Assembly (NCBI GenBank): GCA_017938435.1
Contig: JAGBBO010000008.1
Location: 74,525 to 138,524, forward strand
DNA: 64,000 bases
DNA from: Alphaproteobacteria bacterium
GTDB lineage: Bacteria > Pseudomonadota > Alphaproteobacteria > Rs-D84 > CACZYB01
Direction of reading: 5' to 3'
Positions 8,491 through 19,501 of the stretch are shown here, in pieces. The notes beneath the pieces were generated by a model, which saw only the letters and a list, made by a program, of their open reading frames with translations, was not told the origin of the DNA and did no database searches. Within the stretch, counting starts at the first letter, position 1; every line of letters begins with the position of its first letter. A program made the translations under genes and the position numbers.

Positions 8491-9879
8491 TTATTTTTGT
8501 TTTATCAAAAAACTGAAATGTTGAAAGTTTAAAGTGTTGGGATAATTATACTTTGAATAAACTAAAATATCACAATCATCTTGACCTTTTTTCATTTTAT
8601 TTGTTTTGGATTTGATTATATAATTTAATATATTGTTAAGATAAGCCATTTCCCAATAATCCTTTTGGGGATAACAAATTGATTTATTGGAATTATATAT
8701 TTGAGTAAGTTGACCAAGGGATTTTTCGGTATTTGTATTATAATCATTAAATTTTTTTAAATTTGCATTTTTATTCTTTATTGAGAAAAGTATTAAAATA
8801 AATAGTATTGCATATACTATCTTTTTGTATTTGATTTTATTTAAGACTATATAGATCGATGGAAGACTTACTATTAAACACAATTTATAGTAATGGTGTC
8901 CCCATTCTATACATAATATGAAAAATGAAATCATCCAAACAAAACCACATAGAGATAATGTATGTATTAAAAAATATTTATCCTTTTTTATAAGTTTCCA
9001 AAAATCATATATCCAAAGTGGAAAAAGGAAATATAAAAATTTGTTATTATAAAAAATAAAGGATAGATAGTTAAGATATTTTTGGATTGATTTTGGTTTA
9101 TCAACTTCCATATATATCCATTCTTCATTAAAATCTTTTACTACAAGTATGTAATATAAAAGTAAGAAAATTGCACAATTTGCAAAAATTCCATAGATAA
9201 AATATTTATCCAGTTTTGTTAGTTTTTTTCTGTTGAAAACTAGTTGTGCTATTGCAATAGTTATGAATATCCCTATGACTGTTTCTTTACAATAAGTTGT
9301 ATAGAACATAATAATTCCAGAAATAATGTAATATAAAGGTTTTTGTTCTTTTTGTGCCTTTATATAAGTCATTGTAAATATGATTAGTAATGTTGAAATT
9401 ATCATTTCTGCATAAACAGGTTCGTAAAAAATTTCAAATGTATAATCCGAAAATAAAAACATTATTGAAAAAACGATAAATTTATCAAATTTTACTTTTG
9501 CAAGTTGAGAAATGTATTTGGTTAAGAAATATATGCTGATAAGCAAAATTAAAAATTTTATGTTTAAAAATTGATATGTAAGAGCAAGTTTGTTCACTGA
9601 ATCTGGAAAAATTAATAAAATATTGTAGTCCAGCATTTGAAATGGTAAAAATCTTAATGCTCGACCCACATTATATTTAAATGGAAGAAATTTATCCATA
9701 AATATTGTGTTAGAAAAAAATTCGGCGGTATCTCCACTGACTGGAAAAAAATTAATGGAATTTAGGGCAAAAATGAAATAGTAAGAAAGTAAAAACATAA
9801 GAAAAATAATTCCATAATTTATTGTTTTTTCGATGTTTTTATTCTTTTTAATTAGTTTTTGTAGTTTTTTAATTTTCAT
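8491..9879 (-). CDS. polytopic integral membrane protein, possible GT-C-type glycosyltransferase or polysaccharide polymerase
   Basis: 462 aa with more than 10 predicted TM helices. Extremely Ile/Phe/Tyr-rich. Adjacent to the acetyltransferase. Confidence 0.4.
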   Translation of the reverse strand: MKIKKLQKLIKKNKNIEKTINYGIIFLMFLLSYYFIFALNSINFFPVSGDTAEFFSNTIFMDKFLPFKYNVGRALRFLPFQMLDYNILLIFPDSVNKLALTYQFLNIKFLILLISIYFLTKYISQLAKVKFDKFIVFSIMFLFSDYTFEIFYEPVYAEMIISTLLIIFTMTYIKAQKEQKPLYYIISGIIMFYTTYCKETVIGIFITIAIAQLVFNRKKLTKLDKYFIYGIFANCAIFLLLYYILVVKDFNEEWIYMEVDKPKSIQKYLNYLSFIFYNNKFLYFLFPLWIYDFWKLIKKDKYFLIHTLSLCGFVWMISFFILCIEWGHHYYKLCLIVSLPSIYIVLNKIKYKKIVYAILFILILFSIKNKNANLKKFNDYNTNTEKSLGQLTQIYNSNKSICYPQKDYWEMAYLNNILNYIIKSKTNKMKKGQDDCDILVYSKYNYPNTLNFQHFSFLIKQK

Positions 9880-10015
9880 TTCTTTCCTCGTGTCCTTTGT
9901 GATTTTAATCTATATAAATTATAAAGTAAATAATTTTTGTAATATTTAGAAATAATTCTTGTATTGAGGTTTTGTGTTATAAAGGATAGAATCTAAGAAA
10001 AAATAAGGGTTTATT

Positions 10016-10861
10016 ATGAATATGGAAAAATTTGTTAATGTCGAAATTCATCCAACATCATTTGTTGATGAGAATGCTGAAATTGGTGAAGGAACAAAGA
10101 TTGGTCCTTGGTGCATTATTGGGCCGAATGTTAAAATTGGTAAAAATAATGTTTTGAAATCAAATGTTATTATTGAGGGTAAAACTACTATTGGTGATGA
10201 TAATCTTATTCATCAATTTGTTATTATTGGGAATAAGTCACATGATTTAAAATTTACTGCGGAACAGGCAACTACTGTTACTATTGGAAATCATTGTGAT
10301 ATTAGGGAATTTACAAATATTCATGCAGGAACTCCGAATGGACCAAAGGGAACATGGATTGGCAATAATGTATTTTTGATGTCCCACACTCATATTGGTC
10401 ATGATTGTCAGGTTCGTGATGGTGCTTTGCTTTCACAGGCTACTACTTTGGGTGGTGAAGTTATTATTCAGGAAAAGGCAATTATTGGTGGTTGTTCTGC
10501 AATACATCAATTCTGTACTGTTGGAAAATATGCAATAGTTGGTGGTTGTTCAAAAATTACACAAGATGTTATCCCATTTTCAATGAGTGATGGAAATCCA
10601 CAAAGTCTTGATGGGCTTAATTTAGTTGGACTTAAAAGAAATAAATTTTCATTGGAAGATATTAGGACTATTAAAGAAGTTTATAAGGCTTTATTCATTT
10701 CAACAGAAGGTTTGTGGAGCGAGCGTTTGGAAATGGCAAAATCTGTTTATTCAGGAAAGCCAGTTGCTGATGAAATATTTAATTTCATTGAGCATGATTC
10801 AAGGCGTATAATTTGCAAACCTAGAAATAAAAATTCTTCTAGTGAAGAAAGTGCAAATTAA
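10016..10861 (+). CDS. lpxA: acyl-ACP--UDP-N-acetylglucosamine O-acyltransferase
   Basis: N-terminal hexapeptide repeats and a C-terminal helical domain typical of LpxA. Followed by lpxI. Confidence 0.8.
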   Translation: MNMEKFVNVEIHPTSFVDENAEIGEGTKIGPWCIIGPNVKIGKNNVLKSNVIIEGKTTIGDDNLIHQFVIIGNKSHDLKFTAEQATTVTIGNHCDIREFTNIHAGTPNGPKGTWIGNNVFLMSHTHIGHDCQVRDGALLSQATTLGGEVIIQEKAIIGGCSAIHQFCTVGKYAIVGGCSKITQDVIPFSMSDGNPQSLDGLNLVGLKRNKFSLEDIRTIKEVYKALFISTEGLWSERLEMAKSVYSGKPVADEIFNFIEHDSRRIICKPRNKNSSSEESAN

Positions 10862-10872
10862 AGGGGTGGTTT

Positions 10873-11688
10873 ATGCCTTTTGAATTTTCGCATATTGGAC
10901 TTGTTGCCGGAGATAAAAAATTACCTTGTTTGATTGCAAAATTTGCAAAAAAGAATAAGATTCCTTTGACTGTTGCAGGGATAAATGGTTGTGTAAATCC
11001 AGAATTATTGAAATTATGTAAAAAGGAAAATTTTAAAAAAATTTTTATTTCCGAACTTTCAAAAACTATTTCATTTTTTAAAATCAATGGTGTGGATACT
11101 GTTGTTATAGTTGGTGGAGTTAATACTGCAAAATTCAAGTTTACATTTGATTTGTTGCGTATGGCTTTTAAACTTTTGTTTATCAAAAATAAATATGATG
11201 GAATTTTGCGTCTTGTGATTTCTGAGTTTGAAAAGGCTGGTTTTAAAGTTGTTGGTATTCAGGATTTGATGCCGGAACTTTTGGTTCAAAAGGGGGTTAT
11301 GACTGATGTTTTACCATCATTAAAAAATATGGATGATGTGAAATTTGGTATTCCAGAAGCATTAAAGTTTGCATCGACTGATAAGGGACAATCTATTATT
11401 GTGAAAGATAAAAAAGTTATTGCAACGGAAAAGTTTAGTGGAACTGATGAACTTATTTCAAGGGCGTCAAAAATTAAAAATTCAAAAGGGGCAATTTTGG
11501 TTAAGGTTGTAAAACCGCAACAGGAAGTTCGGGCTGATATTCCTGTTTTGGGTGTGAATACGATAAAATCTTTGGCAAAGGCTTGTTTTGATGGTGTCGT
11601 GGTTCAGGCAAACAAAACGATAATAGAGAACAAGGATGAAGTTATTGCCGAAGCAAACAAACATAATATCTTTGTTTTGGGTGTTTAA
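10873..11688 (+). CDS. lpxI: UDP-2,3-diacylglucosamine hydrolase LpxI (DUF1009)
   Basis: 271 aa with an N-terminal GLVAGDKKLP motif. Sits immediately downstream of lpxA, as in alphaproteobacteria. Confidence 0.65.
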   Translation: MPFEFSHIGLVAGDKKLPCLIAKFAKKNKIPLTVAGINGCVNPELLKLCKKENFKKIFISELSKTISFFKINGVDTVVIVGGVNTAKFKFTFDLLRMAFKLLFIKNKYDGILRLVISEFEKAGFKVVGIQDLMPELLVQKGVMTDVLPSLKNMDDVKFGIPEALKFASTDKGQSIIVKDKKVIATEKFSGTDELISRASKIKNSKGAILVKVVKPQQEVRADIPVLGVNTIKSLAKACFDGVVVQANKTIIENKDEVIAEANKHNIFVLGV

Positions 11689-11712
11689 ATTATTTTTATT
11701 AAAGATTAAAAA

Positions 11713-11739
11713 AATTCCCCTCAATCGAGGGGATTTTTT
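11713..11739. terminator. bidirectional rho-independent terminator
   Basis: aattcccctcaatcgaggggatttttt. Confidence 0.65.
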
Positions 11740-13762
11740 ATTTTATTTCAGCTATTATTTTTTCAACGATTTTTTCAGGAGTAAATCCAAACTTTTCCTG
11801 TAAATCTTTTGCTGGGGCAGATGCACCGAATGTATCAATTCCAATATTTATTTCAGCATATTTTGACCAACCGAATGTTGAACCAGCTTCGATTGAAACG
11901 GTAATTGTTTCATCATCAATTATACTTTGTTTGTATTCATCAGATTGATTTTCAAACAAGTTCATTGATGGCATAGATACCACGCGAGCATTTATATTGT
12001 GTTTTTGCAATAGGATTTTTTGAACTTCTATGGCTGTTGCAACTTCGGTTCCGGTTGCGATTATTGTCATAAGTTTTTCTTTTCCCTTTGCAAAATCACT
12101 TATTACATAAGCACCAAGAGCAGTTTTATTCTCGTTCGTTGCATCTGTCCTTAATAATGGTGCAGATTGACGAGAAAATAAAAGAACAGTTGGTTTTGAG
12201 TTTTCATTTATTGCAATTTGCCATGCTTCGGTTGCTTCTATTGCATCGGCAGGGCGAATCACATTTACATTTGGAGTTGCACGAAGGCTTGCTAAATGTT
12301 CTATTGGTTGATGAGTTGGGCCGTCTTCTCCGATAAAGAAACTGTCGTGAGTGAATACATATACGACACCTTGTTTCATCAATGCAGAAAGTCTTAATGC
12401 AGGTTTTAAATAATCAAAAAATGTAAAGAATGTCGAGCCAAAAGCCTTTATTCCAGAAAGTGACAAACCATTCATTGCACATGCCATTTCGTGTTCACGA
12501 ATACCATAATGAATAAAGTTTCCTTCGAAATTATCTTTTGTTATATCCTTTGTATTTTTATTTTTTACAACGGTTGGACCGGATAAATCTGCGGTTCCAC
12601 CAATAAGATTTTGTATATGAGGAACTATTTCTTCTAAAATAATGCCGTTTGCATTACGAGTTGCTTTTGAAAAATTATCTTTTACAAATTTTTCCTTTAA
12701 AGATAAAATTATATTATCAATATTGGATGTAGTTATTTTTGAGATAAGTTTTAAAAATTCTTTTTTATCAGAAGATAGTTGTTCAACTTTTTCATTCCAA
12801 ATTTTTGCATCATTATCAAATTTATGACCTATTTCATTCCAAGAAGATAAAATTTCTGATGGAATTTCAAATGGTGTTGTTGGATAGTTTACCATTGTTT
12901 TTGCTTCGTAAACTTGGTCTTCGGAAAGTGGTGAACCGTGAACAGAAGCAGAATTTTCAACAGGTTTATATCCATGACCAATTACAGTGTGAACATCAAT
13001 GAATACAGGCTTATCAGATGATTTTGCCATTTCAAGAACAGAATCAATTTCTTCGATATTATAGCCATCTTTTATTTCAAAAATATTCCAATTATTAGCC
13101 TTGAATCTTTCCTTCATATTAACAGAATTTGCGATATTTGCATTTCCATCAATGGTTATATTGTTATCATCCCAAAGGACAATAAGGTTGTTTAAATTTA
13201 ATGTTCCAGCAAGAGAAATTGCTTCTTCGGATACGCCTTCCATAAGACAACCATCACCTGCCAAAACATAAATTTTATTATCAATAATATTTGAGCCAAG
13301 TTTTGTTTGTTTGAATTTTTCTGCGATTGCTATACCAACAGATGTTGCAATTCCTTGACCAAGAGGACCTGTTGTCGTTTCGATACCATCCAAAAAACCA
13401 TATTCAGGATGACCAGCAGTTTTTGAATTTAGTTGTCTGAAGTTTTTTATATCTTCAATAGAAATATCCTTGTATCCACTTAAAAATAAAAGTGAATAAA
13501 GCAATGCAGAACCGTGTCCGGCTGATAAAATAAATCTATCTCTTGCTTCCCATTTGGGATAATTTACAGAAAATTTTAAATGTTTTGCAAATAGTGTTGT
13601 TGCAAGTTCGGCACATCCCATTGGAAGTCCAGGATGCCCAGATTTTGCCTTTGTAATCATATCGATTGATAGGAAACGAACGGCGTTTGCCATATTATTT
13701 AATTTTTCAATTTCTTTTTGTTGCATTTTTAACTCCTTTACTCTAATATTTCTATATAACAA
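11738..13762 (-). CDS. tkt: transketolase
   Basis: 674 aa with a ThDP-binding motif (GDGCLMEG) and the transketolase C-terminal domain. Confidence 0.9.
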   Translation of the reverse strand: MLYRNIRVKELKMQQKEIEKLNNMANAVRFLSIDMITKAKSGHPGLPMGCAELATTLFAKHLKFSVNYPKWEARDRFILSAGHGSALLYSLLFLSGYKDISIEDIKNFRQLNSKTAGHPEYGFLDGIETTTGPLGQGIATSVGIAIAEKFKQTKLGSNIIDNKIYVLAGDGCLMEGVSEEAISLAGTLNLNNLIVLWDDNNITIDGNANIANSVNMKERFKANNWNIFEIKDGYNIEEIDSVLEMAKSSDKPVFIDVHTVIGHGYKPVENSASVHGSPLSEDQVYEAKTMVNYPTTPFEIPSEILSSWNEIGHKFDNDAKIWNEKVEQLSSDKKEFLKLISKITTSNIDNIILSLKEKFVKDNFSKATRNANGIILEEIVPHIQNLIGGTADLSGPTVVKNKNTKDITKDNFEGNFIHYGIREHEMACAMNGLSLSGIKAFGSTFFTFFDYLKPALRLSALMKQGVVYVFTHDSFFIGEDGPTHQPIEHLASLRATPNVNVIRPADAIEATEAWQIAINENSKPTVLLFSRQSAPLLRTDATNENKTALGAYVISDFAKGKEKLMTIIATGTEVATAIEVQKILLQKHNINARVVSMPSMNLFENQSDEYKQSIIDDETITVSIEAGSTFGWSKYAEINIGIDTFGASAPAKDLQEKFGFTPEKIVEKIIAEIK

Positions 13763-13786
13763 TATTTTGGAGAAAAAAGCAAGAAA

Positions 13787-14227
13787 ATGAATGATAAAAT
13801 TATAATTTACACTGATGGTGCATGCAGTGGAAATCCTGGTGCAGGTGGTTGGGGAGCATTAGTTATTGAACCTACAGGAGAAACAGAACTTTATGATGGG
13901 GAGCGTTTGACCACTAATAATAAAATGGAGTTGACTGCTGTTATAAAAGCATTGGAATTTATTGGTGATACAAAGTTGCCAGTTGAACTTTGGACTGATA
14001 GTCAGTATGTGAAAAATGGTATTACAGATTGGATTAAAGGATGGAAGAAAAACGGTTGGCGAAATTCACAGAAACAACCTGTTAAAAATAAGGAATTATG
14101 GGAAAAACTTGATGAACTTTCGTCAAAGTTTGATATCTCGTGGAATTGGGTAAAAGGTCATAATGGACACCCAGAAAATGAACGCGTTGATGAACTTGCA
14201 AGAAGGGGAATTTCAGAGTTAGTTTAA
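13787..14227 (+). CDS. rnhA: ribonuclease HI
   Basis: 146 aa with RNase H catalytic residues (TDGAC...TNNKMEL...WVKGHNGHPENERVDELA). Confidence 0.9.
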   Translation: MNDKIIIYTDGACSGNPGAGGWGALVIEPTGETELYDGERLTTNNKMELTAVIKALEFIGDTKLPVELWTDSQYVKNGITDWIKGWKKNGWRNSQKQPVKNKELWEKLDELSSKFDISWNWVKGHNGHPENERVDELARRGISELV

Positions 14228-14944
14228 ATGAAGGCTTATGAATATTCTTTTGTTATAAAACGACCAGATGGAACAAGTGATGTTATTCCAGTAGAGTTTG
14301 AACGCTCAATCCGTTCTAAATCTATTAGAATAACACCGCAACTTGCAAAAAAGGTTATTAAGGTTACATACCCTGTTTATGTATTACATTCTAGGGCTGT
14401 GGATTTTTTGGAAAAACAAAAGAATTGGGTCGCAAAACAACTTGAAAAAGTGCCTGAAAAAATTACTATTGCAGATGGTTCGAAAATAACTTTTTTGGAG
14501 CATGAATATAAAATTTCACATATACCAAATGCAAGGCGTGGCGTGTGGATTGAGGATGATTATATTTTCGTTTCTGGGGATATAGAGTTTTTAAATCGTA
14601 GGGTTAAGGATTTTTTGAAGTCTGAAATGAAAAAATATTTTACTGCTAAAACTCATTTTTACGCAAAAAAAATTGGAAAAAAATTTGGAAATATTACGGT
14701 AAAAGATACTACTTCAAGATGGGGAAGTTGTGCAAGTAATGGTAATATCGCATATTCGTGGAGGCTTGGGTTTGCTCCGATTTTTGTAATAGATTATATT
14801 GTTGCTCATGAAGTTTCTCATTTAGAAGAACTTAATCATTCATATAAATTTTGGCGTATTGTAAAGGATATTTATGAAGGGGATGCAAATGAGGCTCAAA
14901 AGTGGCTTTCAAGACATGGACTTTCGTTGTATTCTATTGATTGA
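14228..14944 (+). CDS. YgjP-like metal-dependent hydrolase (DUF45/M48 family, HExxH)
   Basis: 238 aa with an HEVSHLEELNHS zinc-binding motif. Confidence 0.6.
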   Translation: MKAYEYSFVIKRPDGTSDVIPVEFERSIRSKSIRITPQLAKKVIKVTYPVYVLHSRAVDFLEKQKNWVAKQLEKVPEKITIADGSKITFLEHEYKISHIPNARRGVWIEDDYIFVSGDIEFLNRRVKDFLKSEMKKYFTAKTHFYAKKIGKKFGNITVKDTTSRWGSCASNGNIAYSWRLGFAPIFVIDYIVAHEVSHLEELNHSYKFWRIVKDIYEGDANEAQKWLSRHGLSLYSID

Positions 14945-15010
14945 TTTTTATCTTGCAAGCTGGCATTTTTAAGTCTAGAATACTCCAAGATTAACTTTTT
15001 AATTAGGAAA

Positions 15011-17590
15011 GTGAAAATGCAATTTATGGAAAATACAAGTAATGTTAAAAATGATAATGTTGTAAATGATGTTAAGAAATTGCCTGTGGAAAAAAAGAAA
15101 AAAAGTAAATTAGAAATACTTTTTATGTCGTTGTTTTTCCTTTCACTTTTCTTTTTATTTACATTTATTTTTGTATTTATGAGATATGGTGTAAATCTTC
15201 CTGATTATAACCAACTTTCGGAATATAAACCACCAGTAACAAGTAGATTTTATGCTGGGGATGGAAGTTTGCTTACTGAGTATGCGACGGAACAACGAAT
15301 CTTTGTCCCTCTTAAAGATATTCCTCCTAATTTAATAAATGCGTTTATTTCTGCAGAAGATAAAAATTTCTGGACCCATTCAGGTATTGATTTGGTTGGT
15401 ATTGCAAGGGCAGCCATTATCAATGTAAAAAATAAACTTTTGGGCGGTGGTCGAAGGATGGTTGGTGCATCTACTATTACCCAGCAAGTTGCAAAGAATT
15501 TCTTTTTATCTTCGGAGCAATCACTTACACGAAAAATAAAGGAAATTATTTTGGCGTTGAAGATGGAAAGGGCATTTTCAAAGCGTCATATTTTAACACT
15601 TTATTTTAATCAAATATTCCTTGGGTTTAGGTCGTATGGTGTGGCTGCGGCAGCTCTTAATTATTTCAATAAATCTCTTGATGAACTTACATTATCGGAA
15701 TGTGCATTTTTGGCAGCTCTTCCAAAGGCTCCGAATAACTATAATCCTATTACAAACAAAGATAGAGCGATTGTTCGTAGAAATTGGGTTTTGGATAGAA
15801 TGTTTGAGGATGGATATATTTCAGAAGAAGAAGCATTGACTGCAAAGAATGATGATATAGAAGTGAGTGAAAGTTTTATCTCTAAAAATCAAAGATATTC
15901 ACTTTATTTTTCAGAGGAAGTAAGAAAGTTTTTATCTGGTATTTATGGAGAAGAACAACTTTATAGTGGTGGTTTGGCCGTAAGAACTACGGTTAATCCA
16001 GAGTATCAACGAATTGCTACAAAAGTTTTAAGAAATGCTCTTTTGAATTATGATAAGCAAAAGGGTTGGAGGGGTGCAGAAAAGAATGTTGACCTTGATA
16101 GTGAAGAATGGCTTAACGATGAAACTATTGTTAAACAGATGGAAAAATCAGATAAAGAATTGTGGCAGATATTACTTTCTAGGGATACTTTGTCTTCTGG
16201 GTTAGAAGATGAAGGTTGGAGAAAAGCAATAGTAATTGATATTAAAAATGATGTTGCGGATATTGGACTTTCAAAGGGTGAATATGGCTTTATTTCAATG
16301 GAAAGTTTAGGTTGGTCAAAAATTTTTGTTGAAAATGGAGATGCTTTAACAATAAAACATATCTCTGATGTCTTAAAGAAAGGTGATATAATTTTTGTTA
16401 AGAAAGTAGATGGTTCTTCATCATCTTATTCATTGCAACAAATTCCTGAACTTAATGGTTCGATGGTGGTTCTTGATCCTCATACAGGAAGAATTTTTGC
16501 TATGGTTGGTGGTTTTTCATATAGTAGAAGTAAATTTAACCGTGCAACTCAGGCATATAGACAACCAGGTTCAACAATTAAACCATTTGTTTATTTGACT
16601 GCGATTGAGAATGGATATACACCATCTTCGGTTATACTTGATGCTCCGGTTGTTTTGGAAAAAGCAGATGGCGAGTTGTGGCGTCCTGAAAATTATGATA
16701 ATGCTTTTGCTGGTGAAATTACTTTGCGTAGGGCTTTGGAAAAGTCAAAAAATAATCCTACAATTCGTATTGCAAAGGATATTGGTGTAAAAACTTTCCT
16801 TAAAAACGCATTAAAATTTGGGGTATATAAAAAAGTTGATGAACCAAATCTTTCTATGGCGTTGGGAAGTGGTGATACAACACTTTTGGGATTAACTTCG
16901 GCATTCGCAAAAATTATAAATGGCGGTAAGGATATTGACACTTATATAGTGGATAGAGTGCAAGATAGAAATGGAAAAACTGTTTATAAAAATGATAATC
17001 GTGAATGTGAAAATTGTAGCAATATTGAATGGGTTGAAAATTCTTTGCCTCCGGAAGTAAAGGATGATAAAACTCAACTTTCTGATCCGGTTTCTCTTTA
17101 TCAAATTGTAAATATTTTACAAGGTGTTGTGGAAAGAGGTAGTGGTTGGAAAGCAAGGATTCCAGGTAAAACTATTGGTGGAAAAACAGGAACATCAAAT
17201 GATCAAAAGGATGTTTGGTTTATTGGTGGAACACCTGATTTGGTTGCAGGAGTTTTCCTTGGCTATGATCAACCAAAAAGTTTAGGAAATTATGCTGCGG
17301 GTGGATCGTTGGCTGCACCTGTGTTTAAGGATTTTATGGAACAAGTTTTAAAGGATAAAAAGGATATTGCGTTCCGTGTTCCAGAAGGTGTGAGTTTAGT
17401 TCGCGTAAATCGTGAAACTGGAAAACCTGCAACAGTGAATGATTCAAATTTCAATGTAGTATTAGAAGCATTTAAAGAAGGAACTGAACCATTTAATGTT
17501 GATACAGAAAAGCCTGAATCTTTTAATGAAGTTATGGAAAATGAACCTGTTAAAGAAGAAACTGAAACAAATTTTGATGGAATTTACTAA
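15011..17590 (+). CDS. mrcA: penicillin-binding protein 1A (bifunctional glycosyltransferase/transpeptidase)
   Basis: 859 aa with an N-terminal TM, a GT51 motif (EDKNFWTHSGID) and transpeptidase motifs SxxK (STIKP) and KTGT. Confidence 0.9.
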   Translation: MKMQFMENTSNVKNDNVVNDVKKLPVEKKKKSKLEILFMSLFFLSLFFLFTFIFVFMRYGVNLPDYNQLSEYKPPVTSRFYAGDGSLLTEYATEQRIFVPLKDIPPNLINAFISAEDKNFWTHSGIDLVGIARAAIINVKNKLLGGGRRMVGASTITQQVAKNFFLSSEQSLTRKIKEIILALKMERAFSKRHILTLYFNQIFLGFRSYGVAAAALNYFNKSLDELTLSECAFLAALPKAPNNYNPITNKDRAIVRRNWVLDRMFEDGYISEEEALTAKNDDIEVSESFISKNQRYSLYFSEEVRKFLSGIYGEEQLYSGGLAVRTTVNPEYQRIATKVLRNALLNYDKQKGWRGAEKNVDLDSEEWLNDETIVKQMEKSDKELWQILLSRDTLSSGLEDEGWRKAIVIDIKNDVADIGLSKGEYGFISMESLGWSKIFVENGDALTIKHISDVLKKGDIIFVKKVDGSSSSYSLQQIPELNGSMVVLDPHTGRIFAMVGGFSYSRSKFNRATQAYRQPGSTIKPFVYLTAIENGYTPSSVILDAPVVLEKADGELWRPENYDNAFAGEITLRRALEKSKNNPTIRIAKDIGVKTFLKNALKFGVYKKVDEPNLSMALGSGDTTLLGLTSAFAKIINGGKDIDTYIVDRVQDRNGKTVYKNDNRECENCSNIEWVENSLPPEVKDDKTQLSDPVSLYQIVNILQGVVERGSGWKARIPGKTIGGKTGTSNDQKDVWFIGGTPDLVAGVFLGYDQPKSLGNYAAGGSLAAPVFKDFMEQVLKDKKDIAFRVPEGVSLVRVNRETGKPATVNDSNFNVVLEAFKEGTEPFNVDTEKPESFNEVMENEPVKEETETNFDGIY

Positions 17591-17608
17591 ATATTATTAG
17601 GAGTTATT

Positions 17609-18940
17609 ATGGATTATTTTAAAATAAGAGGTGGAAAACCTTTGAATGGTGTTGTTAAAGTAAGAGGGGCAAAAAATTCAATTTTAGAGTTGATGCCAGC
17701 ATCTATTTTAACATCAGAACCTGTGATTTTGCACAATGTTCCTTGTCTTTCTGATATTGAAACATTGAAATCATTGTTGGAAAATTTTGGTTCTAAGATT
17801 GAATGGGATAAGGAAAATCATACTCTTATACTCCATACACCAAAAATTACAAATATAAAAGCTCCGTATGATATCGTTAAGAAAATGCGTGCTTCTATTT
17901 ATGTGTTGGGTGCATTGATGGGTCGATGTGGTGAGGCAAAGGTTTCTGCACCTGGTGGATGTATTATTGGTCAAAGACCGGTAAATATTCATTTGGAGGC
18001 ATTAGAGGCTTTGGGTGCAAATATTGAAATTCATCATGGATATATTGTTGGAAATGCTCCGATGGAAGATGGTAGAAAACGACTTAAAGGTGGAAAAATA
18101 AACGGTCGTGTTCGTGTTCAAAATGGGGTTAATATTACAACTCATGGTGGAACTGTGAATGCAATAGAAGCTGCTGTTCTTGCAAAGGGTGAAACGATTA
18201 TTGAATATGCTTCTTTGGAACCAGAAGTTGATGATTTGATAAATATGCTTAATTCTATGGGGGCAAAAATTACTCGTGAAAAAGATGGTGAAATTGATAT
18301 CATCAGAATTCAGGGAGTTGATGAACTTCATGGAACAGAATATTCTGTTATGCCGGATAGATTGGAGGCTGGAACTTATGCAATAGCTGGTATTATTACA
18401 GGTGGAAAAGTAGAAGTGCAAGATACTGATGTTTCAACTATGACTTGTGTTATTGATAAATTTAAATCAGCAGGGGCTAAAATTATTCCGACTGAAAATG
18501 GATTTATTGCTGATGGGGAAAACATTGATTTAAAAGCTGTGAATATTGATGTTGAACAATATCCTGGTTTCCCAACAGATATGCAATCTCAATTTATGGC
18601 ACTTATGACTGTTGCAAAGGGTTCATCTGTTTTAAAAGAAACTTTGTTTGAAAACAGATTGATGTATGTGCCTGAACTTGTTCGTATGGGTGCAAATATT
18701 GAAATACTTGGTGATAGTTTGGCAAGGTTTAATGGTGTGAAAAAACTTTGTGCTGCAGATGTAATGGCTTCGGATTTACGAAGTGGTGCGGCACTTACTT
18801 TGGCTGGACTTGTTGCTGATGGAGAAACGGTTCTTCATAGGGTTTATCACATCTATAGAGGATATGAAAATTTTGTTGAAAATTTAAGATCTCTTGGTGC
18901 GGATATTGAAGTTTGTGAAGAAGATCATATAGTGGAATAG
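17609..18940 (+). CDS. murA: UDP-N-acetylglucosamine 1-carboxyvinyltransferase
   Basis: 443 aa matching the MurA/EPSP-synthase fold. Conserved N-terminus (KIRGGKPLNGVVKVRGAKNS). Confidence 0.85.
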   Translation: MDYFKIRGGKPLNGVVKVRGAKNSILELMPASILTSEPVILHNVPCLSDIETLKSLLENFGSKIEWDKENHTLILHTPKITNIKAPYDIVKKMRASIYVLGALMGRCGEAKVSAPGGCIIGQRPVNIHLEALEALGANIEIHHGYIVGNAPMEDGRKRLKGGKINGRVRVQNGVNITTHGGTVNAIEAAVLAKGETIIEYASLEPEVDDLINMLNSMGAKITREKDGEIDIIRIQGVDELHGTEYSVMPDRLEAGTYAIAGIITGGKVEVQDTDVSTMTCVIDKFKSAGAKIIPTENGFIADGENIDLKAVNIDVEQYPGFPTDMQSQFMALMTVAKGSSVLKETLFENRLMYVPELVRMGANIEILGDSLARFNGVKKLCAADVMASDLRSGAALTLAGLVADGETVLHRVYHIYRGYENFVENLRSLGADIEVCEEDHIVE

Positions 18941-18949
18941 GGGGTAAAA

Positions 18950-19501
18950 ATGAGATGTCCTTTTTGTGCTTCGCCTGATACACAAGTAAAAGATTCCAGA
19001 GTCGCAGAAGATGGATCTTATATCAAAAGAAGAAGATTTTGTACCGAGTGTGGTTCAAGATTTACTACTTTTGAACGGGTTCAATTAAAGGATATTATGG
19101 TAAAAAAATCTAATGGAATTGTTGTTCCATTTGAACGCGAAAAACTTCTTAATTCTATAAAAATTGCATGTAAAAAGCGACCTATTTCTGACGAGCGAAT
19201 TGATAAAATTGTATCATCTATACAACGACAACTTGAAACAACAGGAGAGGGTGAAGTTTCATCGCGTGAAATTGGTAGTTTAGCAATGGAAATACTTTCA
19301 TCACTTGATATTGTTGCGTATATAAGATTTGCATCGGTGTATTATAATTTTGATACTAAAGATGATTTTTCAAAATTTATTGAAAAAATAAAAAAAGAAG
19401 TTTTGGATGAAAAAGAATCTGATGAAGTTTTAACAAAATCTTATGATAAATGTTCGTTAGATACAGATTTTAGTCCTGCTAAAAAAGATGAATTATTTTA
19501 A
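18950..19501 (+). CDS. nrdR: transcriptional repressor NrdR
   Basis: Zinc ribbon (MRCPFCASPDTQVKDSR...CTECGSRFTTFE) plus an ATP-cone domain. Confidence 0.9.
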   Translation: MRCPFCASPDTQVKDSRVAEDGSYIKRRRFCTECGSRFTTFERVQLKDIMVKKSNGIVVPFEREKLLNSIKIACKKRPISDERIDKIVSSIQRQLETTGEGEVSSREIGSLAMEILSSLDIVAYIRFASVYYNFDTKDDFSKFIEKIKKEVLDEKESDEVLTKSYDKCSLDTDFSPAKKDELF

